A stretch of 40,372 nt of DNA from positions 1 to 40,372 of the forward strand of contig JBGSWB010000229.1 in assembly GCA_041752675.1 (NCBI GenBank). The letters run 5' to 3'. This DNA is from Sideroxydans sp. Its GTDB lineage: Bacteria; Pseudomonadota; Gammaproteobacteria; Burkholderiales; Gallionellaceae. Positions within the stretch are counted from its first letter, which is position 1. Each line of letters opens with the position of its first letter. Shown in pieces: positions 30,545-38,803 of the stretch. The position numbers and the translations under genes were made by a program. A model generated the notes under the pieces. That model had not been told where the DNA came from. It saw only the letters and a program-made list of their open reading frames with translations, and did no database searches.

Positions 30545-30895
30545 ATGCTGCACGAATTCCTAGTTGAAGTCATCGCCTACATCGTGCCGCTCACCGAGCT
30601 ACTCGGTGCTGCAGTGGTCACCTGGGGAAGCGTGCATGGACTGGTTCTGTTGGTGCGCAGGGCATGGCGCTATTTCCAAAACCTAGCGCTGGAAGAATCT
30701 CTGCGCGATATTCGCATCGCTATCGGAGAGAAGATGGCACTCGGCCTAGACTTCTTCTTGGCGGGTGACATCATCGGCACCATCGTCATCCCCAGCCAAG
30801 AATCACTGATGATCTTGGGCGGGATCGTGGTGATACGAACCGTGATGGCTTACTTCCTCGCGCAAGAGATCGAGAAAAAGAACGCTTCGGAGTGA
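30545..30895 (+). CDS. DUF1622 family membrane protein
   Basis: RBS AAGGAGG. R..IG...ALGLDFFLAGDII.T...P, LG.IVVIRTVM.YFL..EI. Confidence 0.85.
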   Translation: MLHEFLVEVIAYIVPLTELLGAAVVTWGSVHGLVLLVRRAWRYFQNLALEESLRDIRIAIGEKMALGLDFFLAGDIIGTIVIPSQESLMILGGIVVIRTVMAYFLAQEIEKKNASE

Positions 30896-30901
30896 AGCTG
30901 A

Positions 30902-31138
30902 CTAGCGGCGACGAATATGGAAGATGAACTCGTCGCCCTTTTCTTCTGACGACAACAACTCATTCCCTGTCTTACTGCAGAAATCCAAAAAGTCTTTGGG
31001 CGAGCCTTTGTCTGTCGCCACCAGTTTCAATACCTGACCACTCGTCATCGGCGACAGCGCTTTCTTAGCTCGCAGGATAGGCAGTGGACACGCCAACTGC
31101 CGCACATCCAACTCCACATCGAACGCCATCTCGCTCAT
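30902..31138 (-). CDS. tusA: Sulfurtransferase TusA/SirA family
   Basis: Start reassigned to ATG 31138 (ATGA overlap). LDVRQLACPLPILRAKKAL, ATDKGS..DF..FC..TGN. Confidence 0.9.
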   Translation of the reverse strand: MSEMAFDVELDVRQLACPLPILRAKKALSPMTSGQVLKLVATDKGSPKDFLDFCSKTGNELLSSEEKGDEFIFHIRRR

Positions 31139-31452
31139 GCGACGACCTCGCCACCGGAGTGATACCAAGCAGTGATGCCCCCTTGCAGATTGGCCGCGCC
31201 ACGCAAGCCTTGAGCTGATGCGAACGCGGCTGCCTGCGCGGAACGTCCGCCCATCTGGCAATAGAACACGGTGGTCTTCTGCGCATCCAGTTCGCTCAGG
31301 CGCAACGGCAACAGATGCAATGGCAAACTGATCGCCCCTTTGATGCGACCACGCGCGATCTCTGCATCGGTGCGCACGTCCACCAATTGCACGTTGCCGC
31401 TGGCGATGAGGTCGGGTAATTCAGCTGCGGTGATGTTCTTAAAATCTGACAC
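31135..31452 (-). CDS. Single-domain rhodanese (GlpE/PspE-like)
   Basis: LVDVRT..E...G.IKGA, active-site loop YCQMGGRS, NLQGGITAW; GTG start after GGAG. Confidence 0.9.
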   Translation of the reverse strand: MSDFKNITAAELPDLIASGNVQLVDVRTDAEIARGRIKGAISLPLHLLPLRLSELDAQKTTVFYCQMGGRSAQAAAFASAQGLRGAANLQGGITAWYHSGGEVVA

Positions 31453-31485
31453 TTCTACTTCTCCAATTACTAGGTTGATTATTGA

Positions 31486-32778
31486 TCATTGTTCGTCGCC
31501 GTGATCGCTGAGCAGACGTGAGATGCGCGTATTGGCTACGCTCAAGCGCCTCACCAACATGCGCAAGAACGCCTCGGCGAATTGGAAGCGGCAGTTGGCT
31601 GTCGCCAGTGCCAACACTTCCGGGTCGATCTCGATGAGCTTCACATCGGTCTTGGCGAACACATCGGTCGTGCGCTTCGCATCCTTACCACTCAGGTGCG
31701 CCATCTCGCCGAAGCAATCACCTTTGTGCAACAGGCTCAACAACCTGCCCTGCTTCACGATGCGCACCGAACCTTTTGCCACGATGAAGAACTTCTGCCC
31801 CGGCTCGCCCTCGCCGATGATCTTCTCTTCCTTGGGTACTTTGCGCCATTCGCTGATGCGCAACACTTCCCACAACTCCACATCGCTGAAGTCGGTGAAG
31901 AACGGCAATGCACGCACGGTATCGAACTTCTCGGTATCGAATATCTGTTCCTGCTGCGGCACTTCGTAACTGATGAACGACACCAGATCGCGTGCGAACT
32001 CGTCCCACGATTGATAACGATGCGCCACATCCTTGCACATGGCGCGCTGCACGATGGCATCCAACGCGGGCGGTATCTCAGGACGGAACGTGCTGGCAGC
32101 GGGTGGCTCGATGTTCATGATCTGGTAGATCATGCTGTAGTTGTTGGCGGCCTCGAACGGTAGCTTGCCGGTGAGCATGCGATACATCGTCACCCCCAGC
32201 GAATAGATATCCGTCTGGTGCGACAGTGTCTGTTCTTTGATCTGCTCGGGCGACATGTACGCCGGCGAACCCACACCGCTCACCTGCGTGGTCTGCTGGT
32301 TCTCCAACATCGCCGCGCCGAAGTCGGAGATCTTGATGTCGCTCTCGCCTTTGATGAGGATGTTGGCAGGCTTGATGTCGCGATGGATGACGCCCTGATA
32401 CTGCGCATACTCTAACGCCTTACAACACTTGTAGATGATCTCGGCGATGCGCCCCAGCGACAACAGATGGTCCACCTCGGCGTAACGTTCCAGCGTCTCG
32501 CCCTCGACGTATTCCATCACCATGTAATTCTGTTCGCCCTCCATCACCGCATCGAATATCTTCACGATATGCGGATGCGAGAGCTTGCCCGCGAGCGACG
32601 CCTCGGTGAGCAACAGCTTGCGGAAGGCTTTACCGCTGCCCGAGTTCTGCATCACCGTCGGATTGAACAGCTTGAGCGCCACCTGCTGGCCATTGAACGA
32701 GTCGAGCGCCAAGTACACGGTGCTGGTCGCACCATGTCCGAGTTCTTTCACGATCTGATATTTGCCGATGGGATCCAT
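31486..32778 (-). CDS. Hanks-type Ser/Thr protein kinase with C-terminal cyclic-nucleotide-binding domain
   Basis: Start reassigned to ATG 32778 (MDPIGKYQ). LGHGATSTVY, VALK, HRDIKPAN, DFG, GSPAYMSPE, DIYSLG; cNMP cassette GDCFGEM...RTTDV. Confidence 0.92.
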   Translation of the reverse strand: MDPIGKYQIVKELGHGATSTVYLALDSFNGQQVALKLFNPTVMQNSGSGKAFRKLLLTEASLAGKLSHPHIVKIFDAVMEGEQNYMVMEYVEGETLERYAEVDHLLSLGRIAEIIYKCCKALEYAQYQGVIHRDIKPANILIKGESDIKISDFGAAMLENQQTTQVSGVGSPAYMSPEQIKEQTLSHQTDIYSLGVTMYRMLTGKLPFEAANNYSMIYQIMNIEPPAASTFRPEIPPALDAIVQRAMCKDVAHRYQSWDEFARDLVSFISYEVPQQEQIFDTEKFDTVRALPFFTDFSDVELWEVLRISEWRKVPKEEKIIGEGEPGQKFFIVAKGSVRIVKQGRLLSLLHKGDCFGEMAHLSGKDAKRTTDVFAKTDVKLIEIDPEVLALATANCRFQFAEAFLRMLVRRLSVANTRISRLLSDHGDEQ

Positions 32779-32850
32779 GCAAGTCTTTGCTTTACAAGGC
32801 CGACATTCTGCGGGTTTGAGCCACCTCTGTCCAGTTTGGGTGCGCTCAAA

Positions 32851-32878
32851 GGAACCTAAACCAGCGGGTGTTATCATA
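32851..32878 (+). promoter_or_regulatory. SigmaE (RpoE)-type promoter of bepA
   Basis: GGAACCT-N16-TCATA versus the consensus GGAACTT-N16-TCnnA, ending 6 nt before the ATG. bepA is sigmaE-controlled in E. coli. Confidence 0.55.
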
Positions 32879-32884
32879 GCCGCC

Positions 32885-34309
32885 ATGCGAAAAATATCCC
32901 TAGCTCTACTCCTGCTTCTCCCCCTGCAACTCAACGCGGACGGCCTGCCCGATCTGGGCGACGTGTCGCAGACCATGGTGTCACCACAGATGGAACGCCA
33001 GATCGGCGAGCAGAGTATGTTCCGCATCCGCGCCAGTGAGAGCTATCTGGACGACCCCGAGATCACCGATTATCTGAACGCCTTGGGCGGACGCTTGGTC
33101 GCGAACAGTAGCGAGCCCAGCCAACCTTTCGAGTTCTTCGTCATCAACGACAACGCCGTGAACGCCTTCGCCCTGCCCGGCGGATTCATCGGTGTGAACA
33201 CCGGCCTCATCCTGCTCTCGCAGAGTGAATCCGAACTCGCTTCTGTGTTGAGCCACGAGATATCGCACGTCACCCAACACCACTTGGCACGCATGGTATC
33301 GGGACAGAAATACGATTCCCTCGCCGCCATGGCCACCATGGCTATCGCCATCCTTGCCGCGCGTGACAACCCGCAAGCCGCCAGCGCCGCCATCGTGGGC
33401 GCACAAGGCGGCATGATGCAACGCCAACTCGACTTCACCCGCGAACACGAGAAAGAAGCAGACCGCATCGGCCTTGGCATCTTGGAAAAAAGCGGCTTCG
33501 ACACACGCGGCATGCCGCTCTTCTTCGAACGTCTGCAAAAAGCCACACAGCTACTTGAAGGCGACACCCCCACCTACCTGCGCACCCACCCGCTCACCAC
33601 CGAACGGGTGGCCGACGTGGGCGGCCGTGTGCAGCAGATCCCTTTCAAACTCGTACCCGACAGCCTCGAATTCCAACTGATGCGCGCCCGAGTGCATGCC
33701 CTGCAAAAGACACCGCGTGATGCCGTCGCCTTCTTTAACGGCGCATTGGGCGAACAACGTTTTGGCAACCCTGTCGCGCAACGTTACGGCTTGGTCATCT
33801 CACTGATGCGCGACAAACAAGACGCACTCGCCATCCAAGAATTCCAAACGCTATACAAGAGCGCACCGCACAACGCCACCATCGAGACACTAGCTGGGCA
33901 GATCAAGCGTCTGGATAAGAATGACAAAGACATCCCCACCTTCTATCGCAAAGCGTTGAAACAATTCCCACGTCATCGCGCACTCATCTACGACTACGCC
34001 GAGTTGATGCTGGAAGAGAAACAATATGTGAACGCGCTGAAACTGCTGGACTACGAAGTGCTGCTCAACGGCAACGATCCCAAGCTGTACGAGATGCAAG
34101 CGCGCGCCTACGGCCCACTAGGCCGCCATCAAGAAGAGCACCACGTGTTGTCTTATTACCAGATACTGCACGGCAACCTGCGCGGTGCCATCGAACAACT
34201 TGAACTCGCTAAACGCTCGGGCACCGACTACTACCAACTCTCCACCATCGAGACCGAGTTGAAACAGTACCGCGAGATCATCGAAGCACAACGCAGCAAG
34301 AAGAAATAA
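32885..34309 (+). CDS. bepA: Periplasmic M48 metalloprotease/chaperone with TPRs (BepA/YfgC)
   Basis: Start reassigned to ATG 32885. Signal peptide, LPDLG, NAFALPGG, SELASVLSHEISHV (HExxH), EKEADRIG, YLRTHP. Confidence 0.92.
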   Translation: MRKISLALLLLLPLQLNADGLPDLGDVSQTMVSPQMERQIGEQSMFRIRASESYLDDPEITDYLNALGGRLVANSSEPSQPFEFFVINDNAVNAFALPGGFIGVNTGLILLSQSESELASVLSHEISHVTQHHLARMVSGQKYDSLAAMATMAIAILAARDNPQAASAAIVGAQGGMMQRQLDFTREHEKEADRIGLGILEKSGFDTRGMPLFFERLQKATQLLEGDTPTYLRTHPLTTERVADVGGRVQQIPFKLVPDSLEFQLMRARVHALQKTPRDAVAFFNGALGEQRFGNPVAQRYGLVISLMRDKQDALAIQEFQTLYKSAPHNATIETLAGQIKRLDKNDKDIPTFYRKALKQFPRHRALIYDYAELMLEEKQYVNALKLLDYEVLLNGNDPKLYEMQARAYGPLGRHQEEHHVLSYYQILHGNLRGAIEQLELAKRSGTDYYQLSTIETELKQYREIIEAQRSKKK

Positions 34310-34317
34310 AACACACC

Positions 34318-34527
34318 ATGACCGAAGAACGCTTAGAGAACATCGAAACTAAACTCAGCTTCCAAGAAGACCTGGTGGAAGAACTGAACAAGACCGTGTA
34401 TCAGCAACAACAAAAGATCGAACGACTGGAAGCCATGTGCCAATCACTCGCGCAACATGTGCAGTCACTCTCAGCAGCAAGGAATGATGGCGGTATGCTG
34501 ACGAACGAGAGGCCACCGCATTATTGA
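34318..34527 (+). CDS. slyX: SlyX family protein
   Basis: RL..IETKLSFQEDLVEELN, C-terminal ERPPHY. Confidence 0.92.
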   Translation: MTEERLENIETKLSFQEDLVEELNKTVYQQQQKIERLEAMCQSLAQHVQSLSAARNDGGMLTNERPPHY

Positions 34528-34552
34528 TTTAAAGTTGCCTCGCCAGAAACAG

Positions 34553-34580
34553 AAAAGCCGCGCATCACTGCGCGGCTTTT
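34553..34580. terminator. Bidirectional intrinsic terminator between slyX and hsdR
   Basis: AAAAGCCGCGCA-TCAC-TGCGCGGCTTTT, a perfect inverted repeat between convergent genes. Confidence 0.85.
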
Positions 34581-34602
34581 GCTTGTAGAGTTTCAAGCAG
34601 GC

Positions 34603-36939
34603 CTAGCTGCTTGCACCTTCGCCCTGATACAAATAACGCTGAAAGCCCGAGAACAAATTGCGAATCGCGGCGATGTCACCGCCTAGGTCTGCCACGCCAT
34701 CAGGAATTGAGTCGTGGTATTTCAGACGGAGTAGCTTGGTGAGTTTTTCCTGCTCTAATTCTTCCACGCCTTCTTTCACGTAATGCGCCAGCACAAAATC
34801 GAGGAAGGTTTGCTGCTTGTCGTTGAAGCGTTGATGCACAGCCTTGTGTGCCACCTCGGCGCGTGCTTCGCGAGTGATAGGCTCCATAGCAAACGCCACG
34901 TGTGCCAACACATCAAACAAGTCACTCTTCTCGGCATCAATGATTTTCTGCATCTCGAAAAGTTGGTCTTTGCCGAAACCTTTTTCCGCCAGGCCTTCCA
35001 GTAATTTCTTGCGCGTATCCGGCGAACTCCACAGGGCACGCAACTCGTCTTCGTCCTTGAAAAACTCCGGCAACTGCCCGAATAGCACCGTCAAGAACTC
35101 AGTCGCAGAGATCGGCTTGCCATCCGGGCCCCAGAATGTCGTCACCGAAATATGCTGAAGGGTGCGCTCTTTGCCGTCGCGCAACTTCACGCGCACTTTG
35201 GGTTTGCTTTCGTATTCTGGGCGGGGTTGTTTGGCTACGGGCGGCGTTCGGGGTGTGATCGGCAGGAAGACCGCGTCACCGCCATCACTCACCTCCGCAT
35301 CACCATCCCAATCATTATCGTTGAACAACTGATGCGCCTTCACGAAATCGTAAATCGTGAAGTAGTCTTTGCCGTCGTACAGCCGCGTACCGCGTCCGAT
35401 GATCTGCTTGAACTCGATCATCGAATTGATCGGCCGCATCAGCACAATGTTGCGCACGTTGCGCGCATCCACTCCCGTCGAAAGTTTCTGCGAGGTGGTG
35501 AGAACAGTCGGGATGCTCTTCTCGTTATCCTGAAACTCGCGCAGATATTGCTCACCGCGCTCGCCATCGTTTGCCGTGACGCGCACGCAATAGTTAGGAT
35601 CGGCGCTATCTGTTTTGGCTTGGTTGATCAAATCGCGTACCAATGCCGCATGCGCCTGATTGGCACAGAACACCAGTGTCTTTTCACGCTGATTGATCGC
35701 CTCCATGAACAGTTTTACGCGATAACGTTCGCGCGCTTCGATCTCGATGCTGCGATTGAAATCCTTTTCCTCGTACAGCTTTCCCGCCTCGATCTCGCCC
35801 TCGATCAAATTGTCATCCGAGGTATAGCGGTATTCGTCCAGCGTGGTGGCGTATTGCTTCACGCGAAACGGCGTGAGGAAGCCGTCGTTGATACCTTCCT
35901 TCAGCGAATACACATACACCGGCTCGCCGAAATACTCGTAGGTATTCACGTTATCTTTGCGCTTCGGCGTGGCGGTCAGGCCAAGCTGCACCGCAGGCGC
36001 GAAGTATTCAAGAATGCCGCGCCAGGTGCTTTCGTCGTTCGCGCCACCACGGTGGCACTCGTCAATGATGATGAAATCGAAAAAGTCCGGCGGATACTCA
36101 CCAAAGTAAGGCGAAGGATGACCATCTTTCGGCGGCCCCGACATAAAGGTTTGGAAGATCGTAAAGAACACACTCCCATTCTTCGGCACGCGCCCCTTCT
36201 TACGAATGTCGTCCGGCGCAATGCGCACCAGCGCATCTTCGGGAAAGGCAGAGAACGAGTTGTAGGCTTGATCAGCCAGGATGTTGCGATCCGCAAGGAA
36301 CAGAATGCGCGGCTGGCGCGCCGCATCGCGCTTCAAGTTCCAGCGAGACTTGAACAGCTTCCACGCCAATTGAAACGCGATGAACGTCTTGCCCGTCCCC
36401 GTCGCCAGCGTCAGCAAGATGCGCTGCCGGTTATCGGCAATCGCTTCCAGCACATTATTGATCGCACTGTCCTGGTAGTAGCGCGAGCCCCACATGCCGC
36501 CTTTGTCCTCGAACGGCACTGCAGCAAAACGCTCGCGCCAGTCGTTCGCCTCGGCAAAGGTCAGGTTCCACAATTCTTGCGGCGGAGGATAAGCCTCGAC
36601 TTCCGCTTCCGCCCCGCTTTGCATATCCACGCCGTAGATGCGCAAGCCGTTCGTGGCATAGGTGAAACGTGAACCGATCTTGCCTGCGTACTGCTTCGCC
36701 TGCGCCAAGCCCTCGGTGTAAGGCAAGTCGCGGCGTTTCGCCTCCACCACTGCCAGCTTGTGATTGCGATACACCAACACATAGTCGGCGATCTCCGGTT
36801 TGCTGCGTTGCCCTGCGCCCTGCAAGCGCCCCTCGGTGATGCGATATTCACGCATCACTCGGCTGCCCTCCACCACGCCCCAGCCTGCGGCTTTCAGCGC
36901 GGGCTCGATGTGTTCGGCGCGGGTTTCGGCTTCGTTCAT
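34603..36939 (-). CDS. hsdR: Type I restriction endonuclease subunit R (EcoAI/EcoEI-like)
   Basis: MNEAETRAEHI, ADYVL...VVEAK nuclease motif, ATGTGKT, DECHRG, LTATP, QIIGRGTR, EcoEI-type C-terminus. Confidence 0.95.
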   Translation of the reverse strand: MNEAETRAEHIEPALKAAGWGVVEGSRVMREYRITEGRLQGAGQRSKPEIADYVLVYRNHKLAVVEAKRRDLPYTEGLAQAKQYAGKIGSRFTYATNGLRIYGVDMQSGAEAEVEAYPPPQELWNLTFAEANDWRERFAAVPFEDKGGMWGSRYYQDSAINNVLEAIADNRQRILLTLATGTGKTFIAFQLAWKLFKSRWNLKRDAARQPRILFLADRNILADQAYNSFSAFPEDALVRIAPDDIRKKGRVPKNGSVFFTIFQTFMSGPPKDGHPSPYFGEYPPDFFDFIIIDECHRGGANDESTWRGILEYFAPAVQLGLTATPKRKDNVNTYEYFGEPVYVYSLKEGINDGFLTPFRVKQYATTLDEYRYTSDDNLIEGEIEAGKLYEEKDFNRSIEIEARERYRVKLFMEAINQREKTLVFCANQAHAALVRDLINQAKTDSADPNYCVRVTANDGERGEQYLREFQDNEKSIPTVLTTSQKLSTGVDARNVRNIVLMRPINSMIEFKQIIGRGTRLYDGKDYFTIYDFVKAHQLFNDNDWDGDAEVSDGGDAVFLPITPRTPPVAKQPRPEYESKPKVRVKLRDGKERTLQHISVTTFWGPDGKPISATEFLTVLFGQLPEFFKDEDELRALWSSPDTRKKLLEGLAEKGFGKDQLFEMQKIIDAEKSDLFDVLAHVAFAMEPITREARAEVAHKAVHQRFNDKQQTFLDFVLAHYVKEGVEELEQEKLTKLLRLKYHDSIPDGVADLGGDIAAIRNLFSGFQRYLYQGEGASS

Positions 36940-36960
36940 AGCATCAATATAAATTGGGAA

Positions 36961-37079
36961 ATCAAAACCCGATCAAGAAATGTTCAGCGAACCGAAAAAG
37001 CGTAACTTCATGTATTTCAGTAAGTAATTTAATCATGACAAACCGGCAGCCCCCGTGCGATCAAAACCCAATTAAGAAA
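36961..37079. repeat. Imperfect 20-bp direct repeat upstream of hsdR
   Basis: ATCAAAACCCGATCAAGAAA (36961-36980) and ATCAAAACCCAATTAAGAAA (37060-37079); 18/20 identical, period 99. Confidence 0.7.
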
Positions 37080-37119
37080 CCTACGCCCAAGTCTGCACAA
37101 AGCCAGCCAAGGTCACAGG

Positions 37120-37145
37120 CCATTACGGTGACGTCACCGTAATGG
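37120..37145. repeat. Perfect 26-bp palindrome
   Basis: CCATTACGGTGACGTCACCGTAATGG equals its own reverse complement, 9 bp past the DUF4411 stop. Confidence 0.9.
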
Positions 37146-37154
37146 TTTTCCACC

Positions 37155-37637
37155 CTAGCGAAAGACCGCACCGGAAGTCTTGATGTACTCAATGAAATTG
37201 ATGCACGGAACAGAAACCGTCGGCATCACACACACGGCAGGTATTTTCCTCTTTGAAATAACTTGGGGCAGATTGGTTTGACGTTCTTCATCAGAAACCA
37301 ATTCTGCCCCATGTTGCCGTGCCGTCGCGATAATCAGGATGTCGTTTTCGCCGACGCCTTTGGGATGGTAGTTGTCATCCACAATACCTAGCAGCCCTTT
37401 GATGCGCTTGGCGTCCTGCAAGATAGCGTTATTTATTTCCAGCCGTTCAAGGTCGATGTCTTTCAGCCATTCTCCGCAATCCGGCGCTTTGTGGTTCACC
37501 TCATCAAACGCAACACTCGGCATCACCAGCTGCTTCGATTCAATTTGACCCGCCATCCATTCCCACAAGCCGGGAAACTGCCCTATCGGGTAGTTATCCC
37601 ACGCATAGATCATGGAAGACGCATCAAACACCCGCAT
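37155..37637 (-). CDS. DUF4411 family PIN-like domain protein (putative RNase toxin)
   Basis: FDASSMIYAWDNYP...FPGLW.W, V.DEV, ENDILIIATA, LVSDE, KIP.VC, CINF. The acidic PIN positions are present; 14-nt overlap with the upstream gene. Confidence 0.82.
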   Translation of the reverse strand: MRVFDASSMIYAWDNYPIGQFPGLWEWMAGQIESKQLVMPSVAFDEVNHKAPDCGEWLKDIDLERLEINNAILQDAKRIKGLLGIVDDNYHPKGVGENDILIIATARQHGAELVSDEERQTNLPQVISKRKIPAVCVMPTVSVPCINFIEYIKTSGAVFR

Positions 37638-38772
37638 AGTAACGTTCCAACAGGTGCAGGTCTTTAATCTTCAGGTTGTCGAGATAGCCGCTCGCCTTAG
37701 CTAATGTGATGTGTCGTGCATAGAGGGAATCCAGCACCGTACGCACAAACGTATCGCCGAATATATGCCGAGGCTCCCTATTACGATACGCTCTGCTGCC
37801 CCCGCCTTCCTCAATGATCGGCACCTGGGCAACCCACTGACGGTACGCTTCATATCTGCCTTGCGGTAATCGTCCGGCATCCAGCAAGCGGCGCAAAATC
37901 ATTTCGCCGCTAACGCCCCAATCCTTGCGCTGATGTCCAAGCCAGTGATCGTATTGAGAAACATCATCGGGTCGCTCGGCATCGTTAATACCGGCCAGGA
38001 AGGAATCCGGCACCAGCAGATACCCGGCAAACGCATTCGCCTCGCGCTCATGCCCGCGATGGGATTCCATATCCCGTTCATCATCAATGGAACTGGTCTT
38101 ATGCAACAGCACATGCCCTAGTTCATGCATGAGAGTGAAAGACTGCCGGGTATCCCAGTCCTGCTTCTTGACGACGATTACCGGACAATTTTCGTCGTAT
38201 AGGGAGAATCCGAGAATTGGATTGTTTTTGGCGATCTGCCATTTGCCCGCATAGCCATTACTGCGGAACACCAGCACACCGCGAGACTCCAGCGCATCGC
38301 GATAAGAGTCGAAACTATTCAGTTCGCCCAGCCCAAGCCATTGCCGCGCAATGCGTGCGGCCTCCTGCAAATTGTCAGCAGGCAACTCTGGCGGCACGAA
38401 ACGGGGTCGATCAGCATCATCAAGGTCTTCACGCAAGCTTAAGTACACCTCGCGCTGTCGCTCGACTCGCTCGATCAATGCCTTGAGATTGGCAGACAGC
38501 TCCGGTTTCTGATTCGCCAGCGTGCGGAATTGCGGAGAATGCACCTGCGCCTCATCCACCGGCCCATCCTCAAGGAAGAACAGCACCCCCCTGCCGAAAT
38601 GATCCGCGACCTTGCGCAACTGGTTAAACGTCATGCCATCCTTGCCCGCCATGACATGCTCCATGGTGGCCGCAGCAATGCCCGTTTCAGCCGCAAGCTG
38701 ATCCGGCGTAATGCCGAGATCGGCACAACACCAGGCGATACGAGCAGGATTGATAGACTGAATGCGTTCCAT
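37624..38772 (-). CDS. XRE-HTH fused ImmA/IrrE (COG2856, M78) metallopeptidase
   Basis: N-terminal HTH (INPARIAW...TFNQLRKVADHF), FRTL linker, FTLMHELGH (HExxH), EREANAFAGYLLVP, WGVS. Start 38772 or 38781. Confidence 0.9.
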   Translation of the reverse strand: MERIQSINPARIAWCCADLGITPDQLAAETGIAAATMEHVMAGKDGMTFNQLRKVADHFGRGVLFFLEDGPVDEAQVHSPQFRTLANQKPELSANLKALIERVERQREVYLSLREDLDDADRPRFVPPELPADNLQEAARIARQWLGLGELNSFDSYRDALESRGVLVFRSNGYAGKWQIAKNNPILGFSLYDENCPVIVVKKQDWDTRQSFTLMHELGHVLLHKTSSIDDERDMESHRGHEREANAFAGYLLVPDSFLAGINDAERPDDVSQYDHWLGHQRKDWGVSGEMILRRLLDAGRLPQGRYEAYRQWVAQVPIIEEGGGSRAYRNREPRHIFGDTFVRTVLDSLYARHITLAKASGYLDNLKIKDLHLLERYYAGV

Positions 38773-38779
38773 GCGGGTC

Positions 38780-38785
38780 ATTATA
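38780..38785 (-). promoter_or_regulatory. Consensus -10 box 7 nt upstream of the ImmA/IrrE ATG (leaderless-type promoter)
   Basis: The - strand reads GGC-TATAAT-GACCCGC-ATG(38772); no Shine-Dalgarno and no convincing -35. Confidence 0.5.
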
Positions 38786-38803
38786 GCCGAGCAATCCCGC
38801 CCG

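Noticed and set aside
31475-31489. Possible FNR box TTGATTATTGATCA
   Set aside because: The second half does not match ATCAA at N4 spacing, and it overlaps the kinase stop codon.
32762-33027. Apparent head-to-head overlap of the kinase and bepA ORFs
   Set aside because: True starts at 32778 (-) and 32885 (+) remove the overlap.
34528-34602. att site or target duplication at the edge of the RM island
   Set aside because: Only a bidirectional terminator is visible. There is no tRNA fragment or integrase, and the other edge lies outside the window.
35152-36672. 506-aa + strand ORF
   Set aside because: Entirely antisense to hsdR, Arg/His-rich shadow composition, no domain motifs.
36954-37142. 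62-aa ORF with repeated QNPIKK
   Set aside because: TTG start, no RBS, opposite strand to its neighbours; the peptide repeat simply reflects the 20-bp DNA repeat, which is reported as a finding.
36961-37145. Mini CRISPR array
   Set aside because: Only two 20-bp copies, a 79-bp spacer, non-palindromic repeats and no cas genes in the window.
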